Positions 9,716 through 19,455 of a stretch of DNA of 64,000 nt are shown here, piece by piece. The notes beneath the pieces were generated by a model that was given only the letters and a program-made list of their open reading frames with translations, was not told the DNA's origin and did no database searches. The position numbers were made by a program, and so were the translations under genes. The DNA is from an uncultured Candidatus Saccharibacteria bacterium. GTDB taxonomy: Bacteria > Patescibacteriota > Minisyncoccia > Phycocordibacterales > UBA9973. The stretch covers positions 63,827 through 127,826 of the forward strand of contig CAYTSO010000001.1 in assembly GCA_964440545.1 (NCBI GenBank). The letters are read 5' to 3'. Position 1 is the first letter of the stretch. Each line of letters opens with the position of its first letter.

Positions 9716-9746
9716 AAAAAACCGCCTTAAATAGGGCGGTTTTTTG
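9716..9746 (+). terminator. Rho-independent terminator (ACCGCC-loop-GGCGGT + T-run)
   Basis: aaaaaccgccttaaatagggcggttttttg. Confidence 0.7.
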
Positions 9747-9772
9747 ATATTTGGGTTATCCACAGTTTTGGA

Positions 9773-9802
9773 TTGACAGGTGAACGTTCGTTCACTTATA
9801 CT
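9773..9802 (+). promoter_or_regulatory. Sigma70-like promoter (TTGACA-17-TATACT) with Cheo-type LexA/SOS box GAACgttcGTTC (9783-9794) in the spacer
   Basis: ttgacaggTGAACGTTCGTTCActtatact; GAAC-N4-GTTC core of the Gram-positive/Cheo LexA operator; lies upstream of the small ORF + lexA. Confidence 0.6.
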
Positions 9803-9857
9803 ATCTGTATTACAAACTAATAAGCTAGTTAGCCAATAGCTATCAGCTTTTAAAAAC

Positions 9858-10058
9858 ATGTCACAAAATCAATATTTAAAAATGTTAGAAAGAGAGATAG
9901 CAAAAATTAATAAAAAGATTGACCTAAAGATTTTACAAGGTCAGGCGTACAGAAAGGAGGCGAGAGAACATAAGTTGCTCTTGAAAAAAGTCCGCTATCA
10001 CACCAGAAGAAGTTTCTTTTCTAGATTTTTTCCAAGATTTTTTAAATTTCAATTCTAA
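9858..10058 (+). CDS. Small basic hypothetical protein (66 aa) co-transcribed with lexA
   Basis: Stop TAA 10056-10058 abuts lexA ATG 10059; coiled-coil N-half, Arg/Phe-rich basic tail (RRSFFSRFFPRFFKFQF). Confidence 0.4.
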   Translation: MSQNQYLKMLEREIAKINKKIDLKILQGQAYRKEAREHKLLLKKVRYHTRRSFFSRFFPRFFKFQF

Positions 10059-10625
10059 ATGAACAATATTTATCAGGCAAAACTGGAATCATTTTATCAG
10101 GACAACAAAAGAATGCCCTCTTATTCGGAGATGCTGAAGCTTTTTAATTTTAAATCTAAGAATGCGGTCTTTCGGGTGGTGGAGAAACTTCTCAACGCGG
10201 GGATTGTTGCCAAGGATCATTTAGGCAGATTAATTCCAGCGGAAACTTTTGGTGAAGTTCCCTTGCTTGGTTTTGTGACAGCTGGTTTCCCAGCGACAGT
10301 GGAGGAGGAACTTACTGACACTGTTAAGTTAGACGATCTTTTAATAAAAAATAAACCGTTTACCTATATGCTTGAGGTGGACGGAGATTCTATGATTGAT
10401 GCGCACATCGCGAAAGGGGATATGGTTCTCGTGGAGAAGACCAATCAAGCTAAAGACGGAGACATAATTATTGCTGAAGTAGACGGAGAGTTCACCATGA
10501 AATATTTTAAAAAGAGGGGAAATAAAGTTTGGCTGGAACCGGCAAATAAAAATTACAAACCTATTTATCCAGAACACTCTTTTAATATTAATGCAGTTGT
10601 AAAAGCGGTAATTAGAAAATACTAA
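10059..10625 (+). CDS. lexA: LexA repressor (S24 peptidase)
   Basis: N-terminal wHTH (SYSEMLKLFNFKSKNAVFRVVEKL), cleavage-site region GFPATVEE, S24 catalytic EVDGDSM ... KGDMVLV; 188 aa. Confidence 0.85.
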   Translation: MNNIYQAKLESFYQDNKRMPSYSEMLKLFNFKSKNAVFRVVEKLLNAGIVAKDHLGRLIPAETFGEVPLLGFVTAGFPATVEEELTDTVKLDDLLIKNKPFTYMLEVDGDSMIDAHIAKGDMVLVEKTNQAKDGDIIIAEVDGEFTMKYFKKRGNKVWLEPANKNYKPIYPEHSFNINAVVKAVIRKY

Positions 10626-10630
10626 AAATA

Positions 10631-10652
10631 AAAAATCCCCAAGAGGGGATTT
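10631..10652 (+). terminator. Rho-independent terminator (ATCCCC-aaga-GGGGAT + T-run), followed by a second hairpin serving the convergent hup gene
   Basis: aaaaaatccccaagaggggattttttatttt then cctgcctgcgcagacagg. Confidence 0.65.
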
Positions 10653-10692
10653 TTTATTTTGTCTCGAGACCTGCCTGCGCAGACAGGCGAAA

Positions 10693-10965
10693 CTAGGCAA
10701 CCATATCCTTCAAACCTTTTGCAGGTCGGAATTTTGGAACTTTTTTTGCTGCTACTTTAACTTGCTCTCCAGTTTTTGGATTGCGAGCCATTCGAGCTGC
10801 ACGTCCTTTTACAGAAAAGATTCCGAAGCCGGCGATTGAAACTTCCTCACCTTTTTTCATGGTTTGGATGATTTCATTAAACATTCCGTCTACGATTTCT
10901 TCTGCTTGGACCTTTGTGCCTCCAAGCTTTCCATGTACCCATTCAGCTAATCCTTGTTTATTCAT
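10693..10965 (-). CDS. hup: HU/IHF-family DNA-binding protein
   Basis: 90 aa; GFGIFSVKGRAARMARNPKTGEQVKVAAKKVPKFRPAKGLKD is the classical HU arm. Confidence 0.9.
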   Translation of the reverse strand: MNKQGLAEWVHGKLGGTKVQAEEIVDGMFNEIIQTMKKGEEVSIAGFGIFSVKGRAARMARNPKTGEQVKVAAKKVPKFRPAKGLKDMVA

Positions 10966-11076
10966 ATATTTTTAAAGTTATTTTTATAATCCTTTCGACC
11001 ATTTAGCCTTATAATTGCTATATATACATTATATAACAAGGGTTTTTTAAGGCAAGAGTTATGCTTAAAAGATTTT

Positions 11077-12609
11077 TTATCTAGCATACTCGATAATTCT
11101 AGTCTCTCGGATTACGGTAACCTTGATTTCACCAGGATATTTGAGCTCCTGCTCTATTTTCATGGCAATATCGCGAGCCATAAGCTTGGCTTCAGTGTCT
11201 GAAATCTTTTCTGGGGTAACAAAAATACGAATTTCTCGTCCGGCTTGTAGGGCATAAGATTTTTCTACTGCGGGGAAGTTGTTTACCAATGCCTCTAGTT
11301 CCTGTAGGCGCTTTAGATAGTTTTCTACCGAATCTCGACGTGCCCCTGGTCGCCCACCGGAAATAGCGTCGGATGCTTGGACAATTATTGCTTCCAAGGA
11401 TTCATAAGGAGAATCTTCATGATGGCTCTTCATAGCCGTTATGATTTTTTCGTCTGCGCCAAATTTTTGCAAAATACGAATACCAATTTCCACATGAGTG
11501 CCTTGAACTTCGTGGTCTAAGGCCTTGCCAATGTCATGTACCAGGGCGCCAGCTTTTGCTATGGCCACATCGGCGCCTAGTTCCTCTGCCAACATCCCGG
11601 CAATATGCGACATCTCAATGGAGTGCTGGAGGACATTTTGTCCATAGCTGGTGCGGAAATATAATCGGCCAAGAATCGCAACAATCCGAGGGTCAAAATT
11701 AAAGACGCCACATTCGTAAACCGCCTGTTCTCCTTTTTCTTTTATTATTTTATTTATTTCTTCTTTTGCTTTTTCCACCAATTCTTCAATTTTAGCTGGC
11801 TGAATACGTCCATCTAAAATCAAATTTTCTAAAGCCAAACGAGCAACTTGCCTGCGAATCGGATCAAAAGAAGAAATAACAATAGAGCCTGGAGTATCGT
11901 CTACAATAAGTTCTACTCCAGCCGCTCTTTCAAAAGCCCTGATGTTTCTGCCCTCTTTTCCGATGATTTTTCCCTTTATTTCATTGTTTGGAATAGTGAC
12001 AACGGTTGTCATTAACTCAGAAGCGGTAGAAGAAGCTAGCCGTTGAATTGAAGTAGCTAAAATATCTTTCGCTCGTCTGTCTAATTGTTCCTCACTATTG
12101 TTTTCAAGTTTTTGAATTCTAACCAGGATGTCTTCTTCGTACTTTTTTTCTATATCCTTTAAGAGTTCATCTTTTGCCTCTTCCTCGGTTAATTTTGCCA
12201 CTCTCTCCAGGCCTGCAATCTTTTCTTGTTCTATGGCTATTACTTTTTCTTGGATTTTTTTTATTTCTTCAATTTTTGTTTTTATGCCTTCTGCCTCTTT
12301 ATTTACTTCGACTTGTCGGGCATCCAAAAATTCGTCTTTTTTAACAAGACGTGCGTCCTTTTCTTTCCACTCTTGTTCCTTCTTCTTCTCTTCCTCTTTA
12401 AGATTAGCGAGTTTTTCTTCCGATTTCTTTTTTGCCTCGTCGATGATTTCTTGGGCCTCTTCTTTTGCCCCAACCAACATTTGCTTGATGTCAATTTCAA
12501 TGGACCTTCTCTTACCCAGGGCGACAATTACACGGAGATAGTAGCCTATCCCCATGCCCAAAAGGAGTATGATTACTCCAATGATGATTATTGTTAATTT
12601 TATACTCAT
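11077..12609 (-). CDS. rny: Ribonuclease Y
   Basis: N-terminal TM, long coiled coil, KH domain (IKGKIIGKEGRNIRAFERAAGVELIVDD), HD domain (LQHSIEMSHIAGMLAEELG...HDIGKA). Confidence 0.9.
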   Translation of the reverse strand: MSIKLTIIIIGVIILLLGMGIGYYLRVIVALGKRRSIEIDIKQMLVGAKEEAQEIIDEAKKKSEEKLANLKEEEKKKEQEWKEKDARLVKKDEFLDARQVEVNKEAEGIKTKIEEIKKIQEKVIAIEQEKIAGLERVAKLTEEEAKDELLKDIEKKYEEDILVRIQKLENNSEEQLDRRAKDILATSIQRLASSTASELMTTVVTIPNNEIKGKIIGKEGRNIRAFERAAGVELIVDDTPGSIVISSFDPIRRQVARLALENLILDGRIQPAKIEELVEKAKEEINKIIKEKGEQAVYECGVFNFDPRIVAILGRLYFRTSYGQNVLQHSIEMSHIAGMLAEELGADVAIAKAGALVHDIGKALDHEVQGTHVEIGIRILQKFGADEKIITAMKSHHEDSPYESLEAIIVQASDAISGGRPGARRDSVENYLKRLQELEALVNNFPAVEKSYALQAGREIRIFVTPEKISDTEAKLMARDIAMKIEQELKYPGEIKVTVIRETRIIEYAR

Positions 12610-12845
12610 AAGCCTGTGTTGGCTTACAAGAATAAACCATTATATTTATGGTCTTATTTCCTTAAAGGTAAAGATTTTATTGATTACACTCCAGAGCGAA
12701 ATTTTTCTCTTTAAATACTTCATAAAATACGGGTTATTCTTGCGAACCAAGCGAAAATAAATTTTTAAAATTCAACAAATTTAGTATAACAAACAAATAG
12801 AAAAATGTCTACTTGCGAGATTTTTAGAAAAAAAAGAATGGAGTT

Positions 12846-13445
12846 TTATTTATTAGAAACAGGGATCTTGGATTTGGTGACAATTTCGTCTACAATACCG
12901 TATTTTTTAGCCTCCTCTGCGTCCATAAAAAAATCTCGCTCCACGTCTTTTTCTATTTGTTGAAGCGTCTTTCCAGTATTTTTTGCCAAAAGTTTATTTA
13001 AATTATCCCTAGTTTTCAAAATATGTTTGGCGGTGATAGCGATATCTGTCGCTTGTCCTTCTACCCCACCCATCGGCTGGTGAATCATTACTTCCGCATT
13101 TGGTAGAATAAAGCGCTTGCCTTTTTTGCCAGCAGAGAGAATGATTGCCCCACCTGAGGCAGCGAGTCCGACACAGAAAGTAGAAATATCCGGACGTACA
13201 TGGTTCATGGTATCCACGATGGCCATGGTGGAAGTAACAGAGCCACCAGGGGAATTGATGTAAAGATAAATATCTTTTTTTGCGTCTTCGGATTCTAGAA
13301 AAAGAAGCTGGGCAATGACAATATTTGCCGTATGGTCATCTATCGGTCCGCCCAAAAAAATAATTCGCTCACGCAAAAGGCGAGAATAGATATCATAAGC
13401 TCTTTCTCCAAATTGTGATTTTTCGATTACAGTCGGGATTAACAT
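12846..13445 (-). CDS. clpP: ATP-dependent Clp protease proteolytic subunit
   Basis: [23 protein letters not shown]..., catalytic [11 protein letters not shown] / MIHQP; ORF track start 13493 but homology start is MLIPTV at 13445 with TATACT 6 nt upstream. Confidence 0.9.
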   Translation of the reverse strand: MLIPTVIEKSQFGERAYDIYSRLLRERIIFLGGPIDDHTANIVIAQLLFLESEDAKKDIYLYINSPGGSVTSTMAIVDTMNHVRPDISTFCVGLAASGGAIILSAGKKGKRFILPNAEVMIHQPMGGVEGQATDIAITAKHILKTRDNLNKLLAKNTGKTLQQIEKDVERDFFMDAEEAKKYGIVDEIVTKSKIPVSNK

Positions 13446-13519
13446 GAGGGCAGTATATCCCGATTTTATAAATTTTTCAAGTACAAAAAACAATGTTATC
13501 GATATGGTATTATTAAAAT

Positions 13520-13930
13520 ATGCAAAAAGTTCGAGCTACTGCCTTGGTTGTAAAAAATGAAAAAATATTATTAATGCATCGTTTTCGAGACGGTGAAGAA
13601 TATTATGTGTTGCCCGGTGGCACTCAAGAAGAAGGGGAAAAAATTGAGGATGCAGTTTTGCGGGAACTTAAAGAAGAGACAAGCGTTGAAGGCAACGGGT
13701 TGGAAGAGGTTTTAGATTATACCGACGATGTGTGTAGAAATAGAATTTTTTTGGTAAAAAACATCAAGGACGACACCCTAAAGATGGAAGAAAATTCTCC
13801 CGAGAGAAAACACCAAAACGAAAACAATAAATTTAATCCTGAGTGGGTTCCAATAAATGAGCTTTTATTTCTGACCATTTGGCCAATGCAAACGCGAGAA
13901 TTTCTATTTAAGTATTTTAAACTAGTTTAG
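13520..13930 (+). CDS. NUDIX hydrolase
   Basis: Nudix box [24 protein letters not shown]. Confidence 0.75.
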   Translation: MQKVRATALVVKNEKILLMHRFRDGEEYYVLPGGTQEEGEKIEDAVLRELKEETSVEGNGLEEVLDYTDDVCRNRIFLVKNIKDDTLKMEENSPERKHQNENNKFNPEWVPINELLFLTIWPMQTREFLFKYFKLV

Positions 13931-15000
13931 TTTTGCGACTCCAGAAACTGAAAAATTTTTTCGTTGGTGAGGACGTTCTCGGCATGCATTTGAGCTCGTT
14001 CTGGATCTGCTTCTTTGTAGTGTTCCAGAATCATTGCTACTTCTTTCGCGACCTCCTCCGGGTCAGCAGTTATTTTCTCAGTTTTACCTATTTCATTTAT
14101 AACGAGAGCAAATTTTGCTTTCTTCTCTCCGTCAGCGCGGAAGTCTTTGCGTAGATCTTCAACCTTTTTATTAATGTGTTTTAGATAATCTTCAAACTTG
14201 AGTCCCATTTGTGCAATGTCAGACTCCATGCGGTACAAAATTTTATCTGTTTCCGCTTCGATCAATACTTCCGGTAAATCCATTTTACTTTCTTCGATTA
14301 TTTTCTCAATAATTTTCAAACGAGTTTTTTCTTTTAACTTGTTTTCCTTCTCTAATTTAATGTTTTCCTTTAATTTATTTTTAAAATCCTCTACGTCTTT
14401 GAAGGGCCCGAGTGCTTTCACAAATTCGTCATTAAATTCCGGCAATTCTGGTTCCTTATTCTCGTGTTCGCATTTTTCTCCTTCTTTGTGCTCGTGTGCT
14501 TCTGCCATATGTACTTTTGGCGCACGGGACCTACGAATATCCATTATCGTGTCTTCCATTTCTTTATCAGTGACTTCGGTATTTTTCTCTTCTGGAGTAA
14601 TTTCGGAAATTATTTTTTTAGCTATTGATTTATAATCAGGAAGTTTTATCTCAGGCAGTATGGCGGTTTTTATTTTAAAACCGAGCGGATTTTTGCGCGC
14701 GAGTTTTACAATAGAAATTTCTGGACGACTGATAGCGTCTATTTTATTTTCTTCCAAAATTTTTGGGTAATATTCAGCGAGAGCGAGCTCTGCCATCTCT
14801 TCCAAAATACGAGCTTCTGGAATTTTTGCAAGCAAAACATTTTCTGGCACTTTTCCCTTGCGGAAACCGTCAATTTCAAGGTTTTCCCCGATTTTTTTTA
14901 CTGCCTTTGAAAAATATGATTCAAATTTTTCTGCTTCTAATTCTCCTTCAATTTCTACTTCGCTTTTTGGCAATTTATTTACTTTGATTTTTATACTCAT
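13927..15000 (-). CDS. tig: Trigger factor lacking the FKBP-type PPIase domain
   Basis: N-terminal ribosome-binding domain with GFRKGKVP signature; C-terminal TF arm domain; no FKBP module; His/Glu-rich insert; ORF extends to 15036 but that Met abuts a terminator, so MSIKIK at 15000 is preferred; tig-clpP synteny. Confidence 0.75.
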   Translation of the reverse strand: MSIKIKVNKLPKSEVEIEGELEAEKFESYFSKAVKKIGENLEIDGFRKGKVPENVLLAKIPEARILEEMAELALAEYYPKILEENKIDAISRPEISIVKLARKNPLGFKIKTAILPEIKLPDYKSIAKKIISEITPEEKNTEVTDKEMEDTIMDIRRSRAPKVHMAEAHEHKEGEKCEHENKEPELPEFNDEFVKALGPFKDVEDFKNKLKENIKLEKENKLKEKTRLKIIEKIIEESKMDLPEVLIEAETDKILYRMESDIAQMGLKFEDYLKHINKKVEDLRKDFRADGEKKAKFALVINEIGKTEKITADPEEVAKEVAMILEHYKEADPERAQMHAENVLTNEKIFQFLESQN

Positions 15001-15034
15001 GGCCTTCAGTCTATATTTATTTAAGTTTTTTGTC

Positions 15035-15071
15035 AAAAAAAATCCCCCGACCTAAAGCCGGGGGATTTTTT
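15035..15071. terminator. Bidirectional rho-independent terminator (TCCCCCG-loop-CGGGGGA flanked by A- and T-runs)
   Basis: aaaaaaaatcccccgacctaaagccgggggattttttaag between convergent tig and the small membrane protein gene. Confidence 0.75.
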
Positions 15072-15079
15072 AAGTTTTT

Positions 15080-15307
15080 CTACTCCAAGCTGTCTACATC
15101 AACATCAATATTTACATCTGTTGTGTTCAGGTCTTGTTCAAGGGTGTCCAGAGCGCTAGCGTCCTGTTCTGTAACCCCTACCGACTGCGGATTTTCTATA
15201 ATTGCATTTTTATTTGTTTGCCAAACGTAGATTCCGCCGATAACGAGAATGATTATTATTATCACTAACCCCACAAGCGCCCCACCTGATTTTTTTTCTG
15301 ATTCCAT
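15080..15307 (-). CDS. Small single-TM hypothetical protein (75 aa)
   Basis: GALVGLVIIIIILVIGGIYVW helix, acidic C-tail. Confidence 0.4.
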   Translation of the reverse strand: MESEKKSGGALVGLVIIIIILVIGGIYVWQTNKNAIIENPQSVGVTEQDASALDTLEQDLNTTDVNIDVDVDSLE

Positions 15308-15374
15308 TGTTTTTCTTTTAGTTAACCCCGACGCTTTTGGGTCGGAGTCCCGATTTTACATCGGGATTAATAAT

Positions 15375-16061
15375 TTATTGATCGGCGTTCTCTGTTTCTG
15401 CTTCTACGTCTCCGATTTTGGCCTCGATTCTAGCTTTTACACCATCTTTTAATGACTTAACTGCGTCGATTAAAGCAAGGTGAGATTCTCTGACGAGACT
15501 TTGTATCTCTTGGGCCAAGGTTCTTAGCTGTGTTTTATTTTCTAAAGTTAATTCGTTAATTGAAGCAGCTAAAAGTTCGTGAATTTCTGCGATTTTATCT
15601 TCTGCTTCCTCCAATTTTGTTTCAGCTGTGGCCAAAAATCCTTCCGCAACTGACACATCAACTTCTTTTTCTTTAAGGTCTGCTATTTTTGAATCAACTT
15701 TCTTTATTAAAGCGTTAATTCTTTCTACGGCTAAATCAAACCTCTCTAAAGCCTTTTCTCTTCCAACCACCCTCATTTCTTGCATTTTAGCTCTCACTTC
15801 ATCGCTTTCGTTTTTTATGCCTTCTCTAAGGGCTTCCATTTTTTGCTGTGCTTCCTCTCTTCTTGTTTCTATTTGTTGCCTTACTTCTTCTCTTTTTTGC
15901 TCCATTTCTCCGCGCATTTCTCCCAAGGTGTTTCGGATTTCCGCTCTTACTTGTTCTCCTCCTGCGTTTGTCTCAACACCACTATTTTGTGCGCGCGACA
16001 TCGAAGTACTTAATAAAAAGGCCACAACTAAAACCAAAAACAAAGTGAAATATTTTTTCAT
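15375..16061 (-). CDS. Secreted coiled-coil hypothetical protein
   Basis: Signal peptide MKKYFTLFLVLVVAFLLSTSMSRA, then Glu/Arg/Lys-rich heptad-like sequence. Confidence 0.45.
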   Translation of the reverse strand: MKKYFTLFLVLVVAFLLSTSMSRAQNSGVETNAGGEQVRAEIRNTLGEMRGEMEQKREEVRQQIETRREEAQQKMEALREGIKNESDEVRAKMQEMRVVGREKALERFDLAVERINALIKKVDSKIADLKEKEVDVSVAEGFLATAETKLEEAEDKIAEIHELLAASINELTLENKTQLRTLAQEIQSLVRESHLALIDAVKSLKDGVKARIEAKIGDVEAETENADQ

Positions 16062-16120
16062 AGTTATTTTTTATTAATTTATAATTCTCCCATTAAAATT
16101 TTTAACGGGATTCATGATTA

Positions 16121-18133
16121 TTATATCAAGAAAGCAACCAGAAGCAATGCAACAATATTTAGTATTTTTATCATCGGATTGATGGCAGGACCGGCGGTGT
16201 CTTTGTACGGATCTCCAACGGTATCTCCAGTAACAGCTGCCTTATGGGCCTCGCTTCCTTTTCCGCCGTGACTGCCTTGTTCGATGTGTTTTTTGGCATT
16301 ATCCCAAGCCCCCCCTCCTGAAGTCATTGAGATGGCGACAAAAAGTCCGGTAACGATAGAACCAACCAGAAGTCCTCCCAAGACCACGAAACCTTTTTCT
16401 TTTCCAAAAAGGAGAATTACTAAAATTGGAGACAAGACAGGGATCAGAGCTGGCAAAATCATTTGTTTGATGGCCGCGCCAGTAATAATAGAAACTGCTT
16501 TCGCGTAATCAGGCTTTCCTGTACCCTCCATAATTCCTTTTATTTCTCTGAACTGTCGGCGAATTTCTTCTACCACTTTTCCGGCTGTTTTTCCCACTGC
16601 CTCCATGCAAAGCGCGCCGAAATAGTAGGGAAGAAGACCGCCCAAGAAAAGTCCCACAATTATATACGGATTGCTTAAGTCAAAGGTCAGCTCTTTTCCT
16701 GCCTTTACTATTTCTTCAGTATAGGAGGCAAACAAAACAAGAGCGGCTAGGCCAGCTGAGCCGATAGCATAACCTTTTGTGACGGCCTTAGTAGTGTTTC
16801 CTACTGCATCCAAGGGATCGGTAACATTTCGAACTGACTCAGGAAGTTCTGCCATTTCAGCAATTCCTCCAGCATTGTCGGTAATTGGTCCGTAAGCGTC
16901 GATGGCCACAATAATCCCGGTCATGGAAAGCATAGACATTGCGGCGATGGCGATACCATAAAGCCCGCCATAATGATAACTAGTTAATATTCCCAAAACG
17001 ATTGTAATTAATGGCCAGGCTGTGGCTTTCATGGAAATAGCGAGACCTTGAATAACATTGGTACCATGGCCAGAGACAGAAGCGAGAGCGATTGACTTCA
17101 CTGGAGAGTATTTGGTAGAGGTAAAGTATTCTGTGATGAGAACGAGAGCTCCGGTGACAAAAAGACCAACCAAAGAGCAAATAAACAAATCCATTACTTC
17201 ATATTGCCCATTTTCTGCCATAAGCAGTTTAGTAACAGGGTAAAAACTAATTGCAGCGATAATCCCAGATGCGATAAGTCCTTTATACAAGGCACCCATT
17301 ATATTTTTTCCTTTTCCTAAGCGGACAAACCAGGTGCCGATGATGGAGGCAAAAATTGCCATTCCTCCAATTACTAACGGATAAGTAACCGCATTTTCAA
17401 AATCAATAAAAAGTAAAGAACCTAAAAGCATTGCGGCGACAGAAGTGACAGCATAAGTTTCAAATAAGTCCGCTGCCATCCCGGCGCAATCTCCTACATT
17501 ATCCCCGACATTATCTGCGATAACCCCAGGATTTCTAGGATCATCTTCTGGAATTCCGGCTTCAATTTTTCCGACAAGGTCAGCCCCTACGTCGGCTGCT
17601 TTAGTAAAAATTCCTCCACCCAATCTTGCAAAAACAGAAATTAGAGAAGCTCCGAAGCCAAGGCCGACAAGAGCAGTGATGTCTTTAGTAATAACATAAA
17701 ACAAAGTTACCCCGAGCAGAGCAAGGCCGACAACCAAGAGTCCAGTGACGGTACCTCCTCGAAAAGCGAGTTTCAGCGCCTCGTTTATTCCATTCCTGGC
17801 TGCTTCTGTGGTTCGAACGTTCGCTCTTACGGAAACATTCATCCCAATGTAGCCAGCTAAGGCAGAAAAAATAGCTCCAGTTAAAAAACCAAAAGCCATG
17901 GTCCAGCCGAGTTTTTCAATAAAACCGATAATAAAAAAAAGGATTACCGCAATTACGCCAATGGTTTTGTATTGTTTATTTAAATACGCGCTAGCCCCTT
18001 CTTGAATTGCCTTAGCAATTTCTTGCATTCGTGCATTTCCGGCATTCTTTTTTAAAATCAGCCTAGCCAAAAGCAAGCCATAAATAATAGCGACAATTGA
18101 ACTTATAATTGCAAACAATAAAAATTGGTTCAT
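16121..18133 (-). CDS. hppA: Membrane-bound proton/sodium-translocating pyrophosphatase
   Basis: [19 protein letters not shown]...[31 protein letters not shown]; 670 aa, about 16 TM. Confidence 0.95.
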   Translation of the reverse strand: MNQFLLFAIISSIVAIIYGLLLARLILKKNAGNARMQEIAKAIQEGASAYLNKQYKTIGVIAVILFFIIGFIEKLGWTMAFGFLTGAIFSALAGYIGMNVSVRANVRTTEAARNGINEALKLAFRGGTVTGLLVVGLALLGVTLFYVITKDITALVGLGFGASLISVFARLGGGIFTKAADVGADLVGKIEAGIPEDDPRNPGVIADNVGDNVGDCAGMAADLFETYAVTSVAAMLLGSLLFIDFENAVTYPLVIGGMAIFASIIGTWFVRLGKGKNIMGALYKGLIASGIIAAISFYPVTKLLMAENGQYEVMDLFICSLVGLFVTGALVLITEYFTSTKYSPVKSIALASVSGHGTNVIQGLAISMKATAWPLITIVLGILTSYHYGGLYGIAIAAMSMLSMTGIIVAIDAYGPITDNAGGIAEMAELPESVRNVTDPLDAVGNTTKAVTKGYAIGSAGLAALVLFASYTEEIVKAGKELTFDLSNPYIIVGLFLGGLLPYYFGALCMEAVGKTAGKVVEEIRRQFREIKGIMEGTGKPDYAKAVSIITGAAIKQMILPALIPVLSPILVILLFGKEKGFVVLGGLLVGSIVTGLFVAISMTSGGGAWDNAKKHIEQGSHGGKGSEAHKAAVTGDTVGDPYKDTAGPAINPMIKILNIVALLLVAFLI

Positions 18134-18179
18134 GTTTTTTTCTCGCTCAGCGAGATAAATTAATGATTAATAATAATTT

Positions 18180-19334
18180 TTATTCTTTTTCAACCCCTTC
18201 TTTTTCTTCAGCAACTTCTTCCTCCTCGTCTGAGGTGACGATTTTTCCATCGCCCTTGATATCTATTCTCCAACCAGTAAGCTTGGCCGCCAGGCGTACG
18301 TTTTGTCCACCCTTGCCGATAGCAAGAGACAGTTGATCATTGCCCACTTCTACTATTGCTTTATGTTCCTTCTCATCAGTTTCGATAGAAACAACTTTGG
18401 CAGGGGAAAGAGCGTTGGTAACAAATACCTTTGGGTCCTCAGACCATGGGATTATATCAATTTTTTCTCCAGAAAGTTCAGTGGTAATAGTATTTACTCG
18501 AGTTCCTTTTTGTCCAACGCAGGAACCAACGGCATCAATGTGCTCGTCGTTCGAATGCACTGCAATTTTCGAACGCGCACCAGCTTCTCGGGCGACAGAT
18601 TTTATTTCCACCACCCCGTTTTCTATTTCTGGTGCTTCCATTTCAAAAAGTCTTTCTAAAAATTTTGGATGAGCGCGAGACAAACGCAAATTAATGCCTC
18701 TCGGTGTATCTTCTACGCTGTAAAGATAAGCGCGAATTCTTCGGCTACGTTCCCAATATTCTCCGGGAATCTGTTCTTCCGTTGGTAAAATGCCGGTGGC
18801 CCTATTAAAGTCAACATAAATGTTTCCGCGCTCTACTTTTTGCACAATACCGGAAATAACTTCTCCTTCTTTGGTGCCGTATTCGTCCATAATAGAAGTG
18901 CGTTCCGCTTCACGAATTTTTTGAATAATAACTTGTTTGGCGGTTTGAGCGGCAATACGTCCGTAGTCGTCTTTTCCCTCCAAAGGAAAAACAATTTCAT
19001 CATTAAGTTCTGCGCTTTTCTTTATTTTTTTAGCGTCCTCCAGAAGAATGTGATGTTCAGGATTAAAACGTACGCGCTCGTCGCCTTCTTCCATTTCTTC
19101 GTCTTCGTCCATGACGGCGATACTTTCATCCACCACAATTTTTATTTGAGAAAAATCAGTTTTTCCACTTTCCATATCAAACTTGGCTCGGATGATTTGT
19201 CCTTTTTTGCCGTAATCTTTTTTGTAGGCGGCAGCCATTGCTTGCTCTATAGCTTCTAGTATTTTTTCCTTAGGAATCTTCCTTTCTTCCTCCAATTGCT
19301 CCAATGCTGACTTGAATGTTTTTATGTCTAACAT
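18180..19334 (-). CDS. nusA: Transcription termination/antitermination factor NusA
   Basis: N-terminal NusA domain, S1, two KH domains (VGQKGTRVNTITTELSGEKIDII; AIGKGGQNVRLAAKLTGWRIDI). Confidence 0.9.
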   Translation of the reverse strand: MLDIKTFKSALEQLEEERKIPKEKILEAIEQAMAAAYKKDYGKKGQIIRAKFDMESGKTDFSQIKIVVDESIAVMDEDEEMEEGDERVRFNPEHHILLEDAKKIKKSAELNDEIVFPLEGKDDYGRIAAQTAKQVIIQKIREAERTSIMDEYGTKEGEVISGIVQKVERGNIYVDFNRATGILPTEEQIPGEYWERSRRIRAYLYSVEDTPRGINLRLSRAHPKFLERLFEMEAPEIENGVVEIKSVAREAGARSKIAVHSNDEHIDAVGSCVGQKGTRVNTITTELSGEKIDIIPWSEDPKVFVTNALSPAKVVSIETDEKEHKAIVEVGNDQLSLAIGKGGQNVRLAAKLTGWRIDIKGDGKIVTSDEEEEVAEEKEGVEKE

Positions 19335-19455
19335 AGTGTTTTTTTATTAAATTTTATTAAAAAAAGCCCCGCTTTGACAGGACTCATATGAGAGCAGTGT
19401 AGCACAATCCACACCCTAACGCAAATTGTTTTTATTAGTATAGTATAATTATTCC

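Noticed and set aside
12128-12597. Two long plus-strand ORFs (137 and 123 aa) antisense to rny
   Set aside because: Low-complexity Ser/Phe-rich translations produced by reading the Lys/Glu-rich rny coiled-coil region on the opposite strand; rny homology is unambiguous
16284-16678. ORFs antisense within hppA
   Set aside because: Embedded in a strongly conserved V-PPase coding region; no start-site signals; typical shadow ORFs
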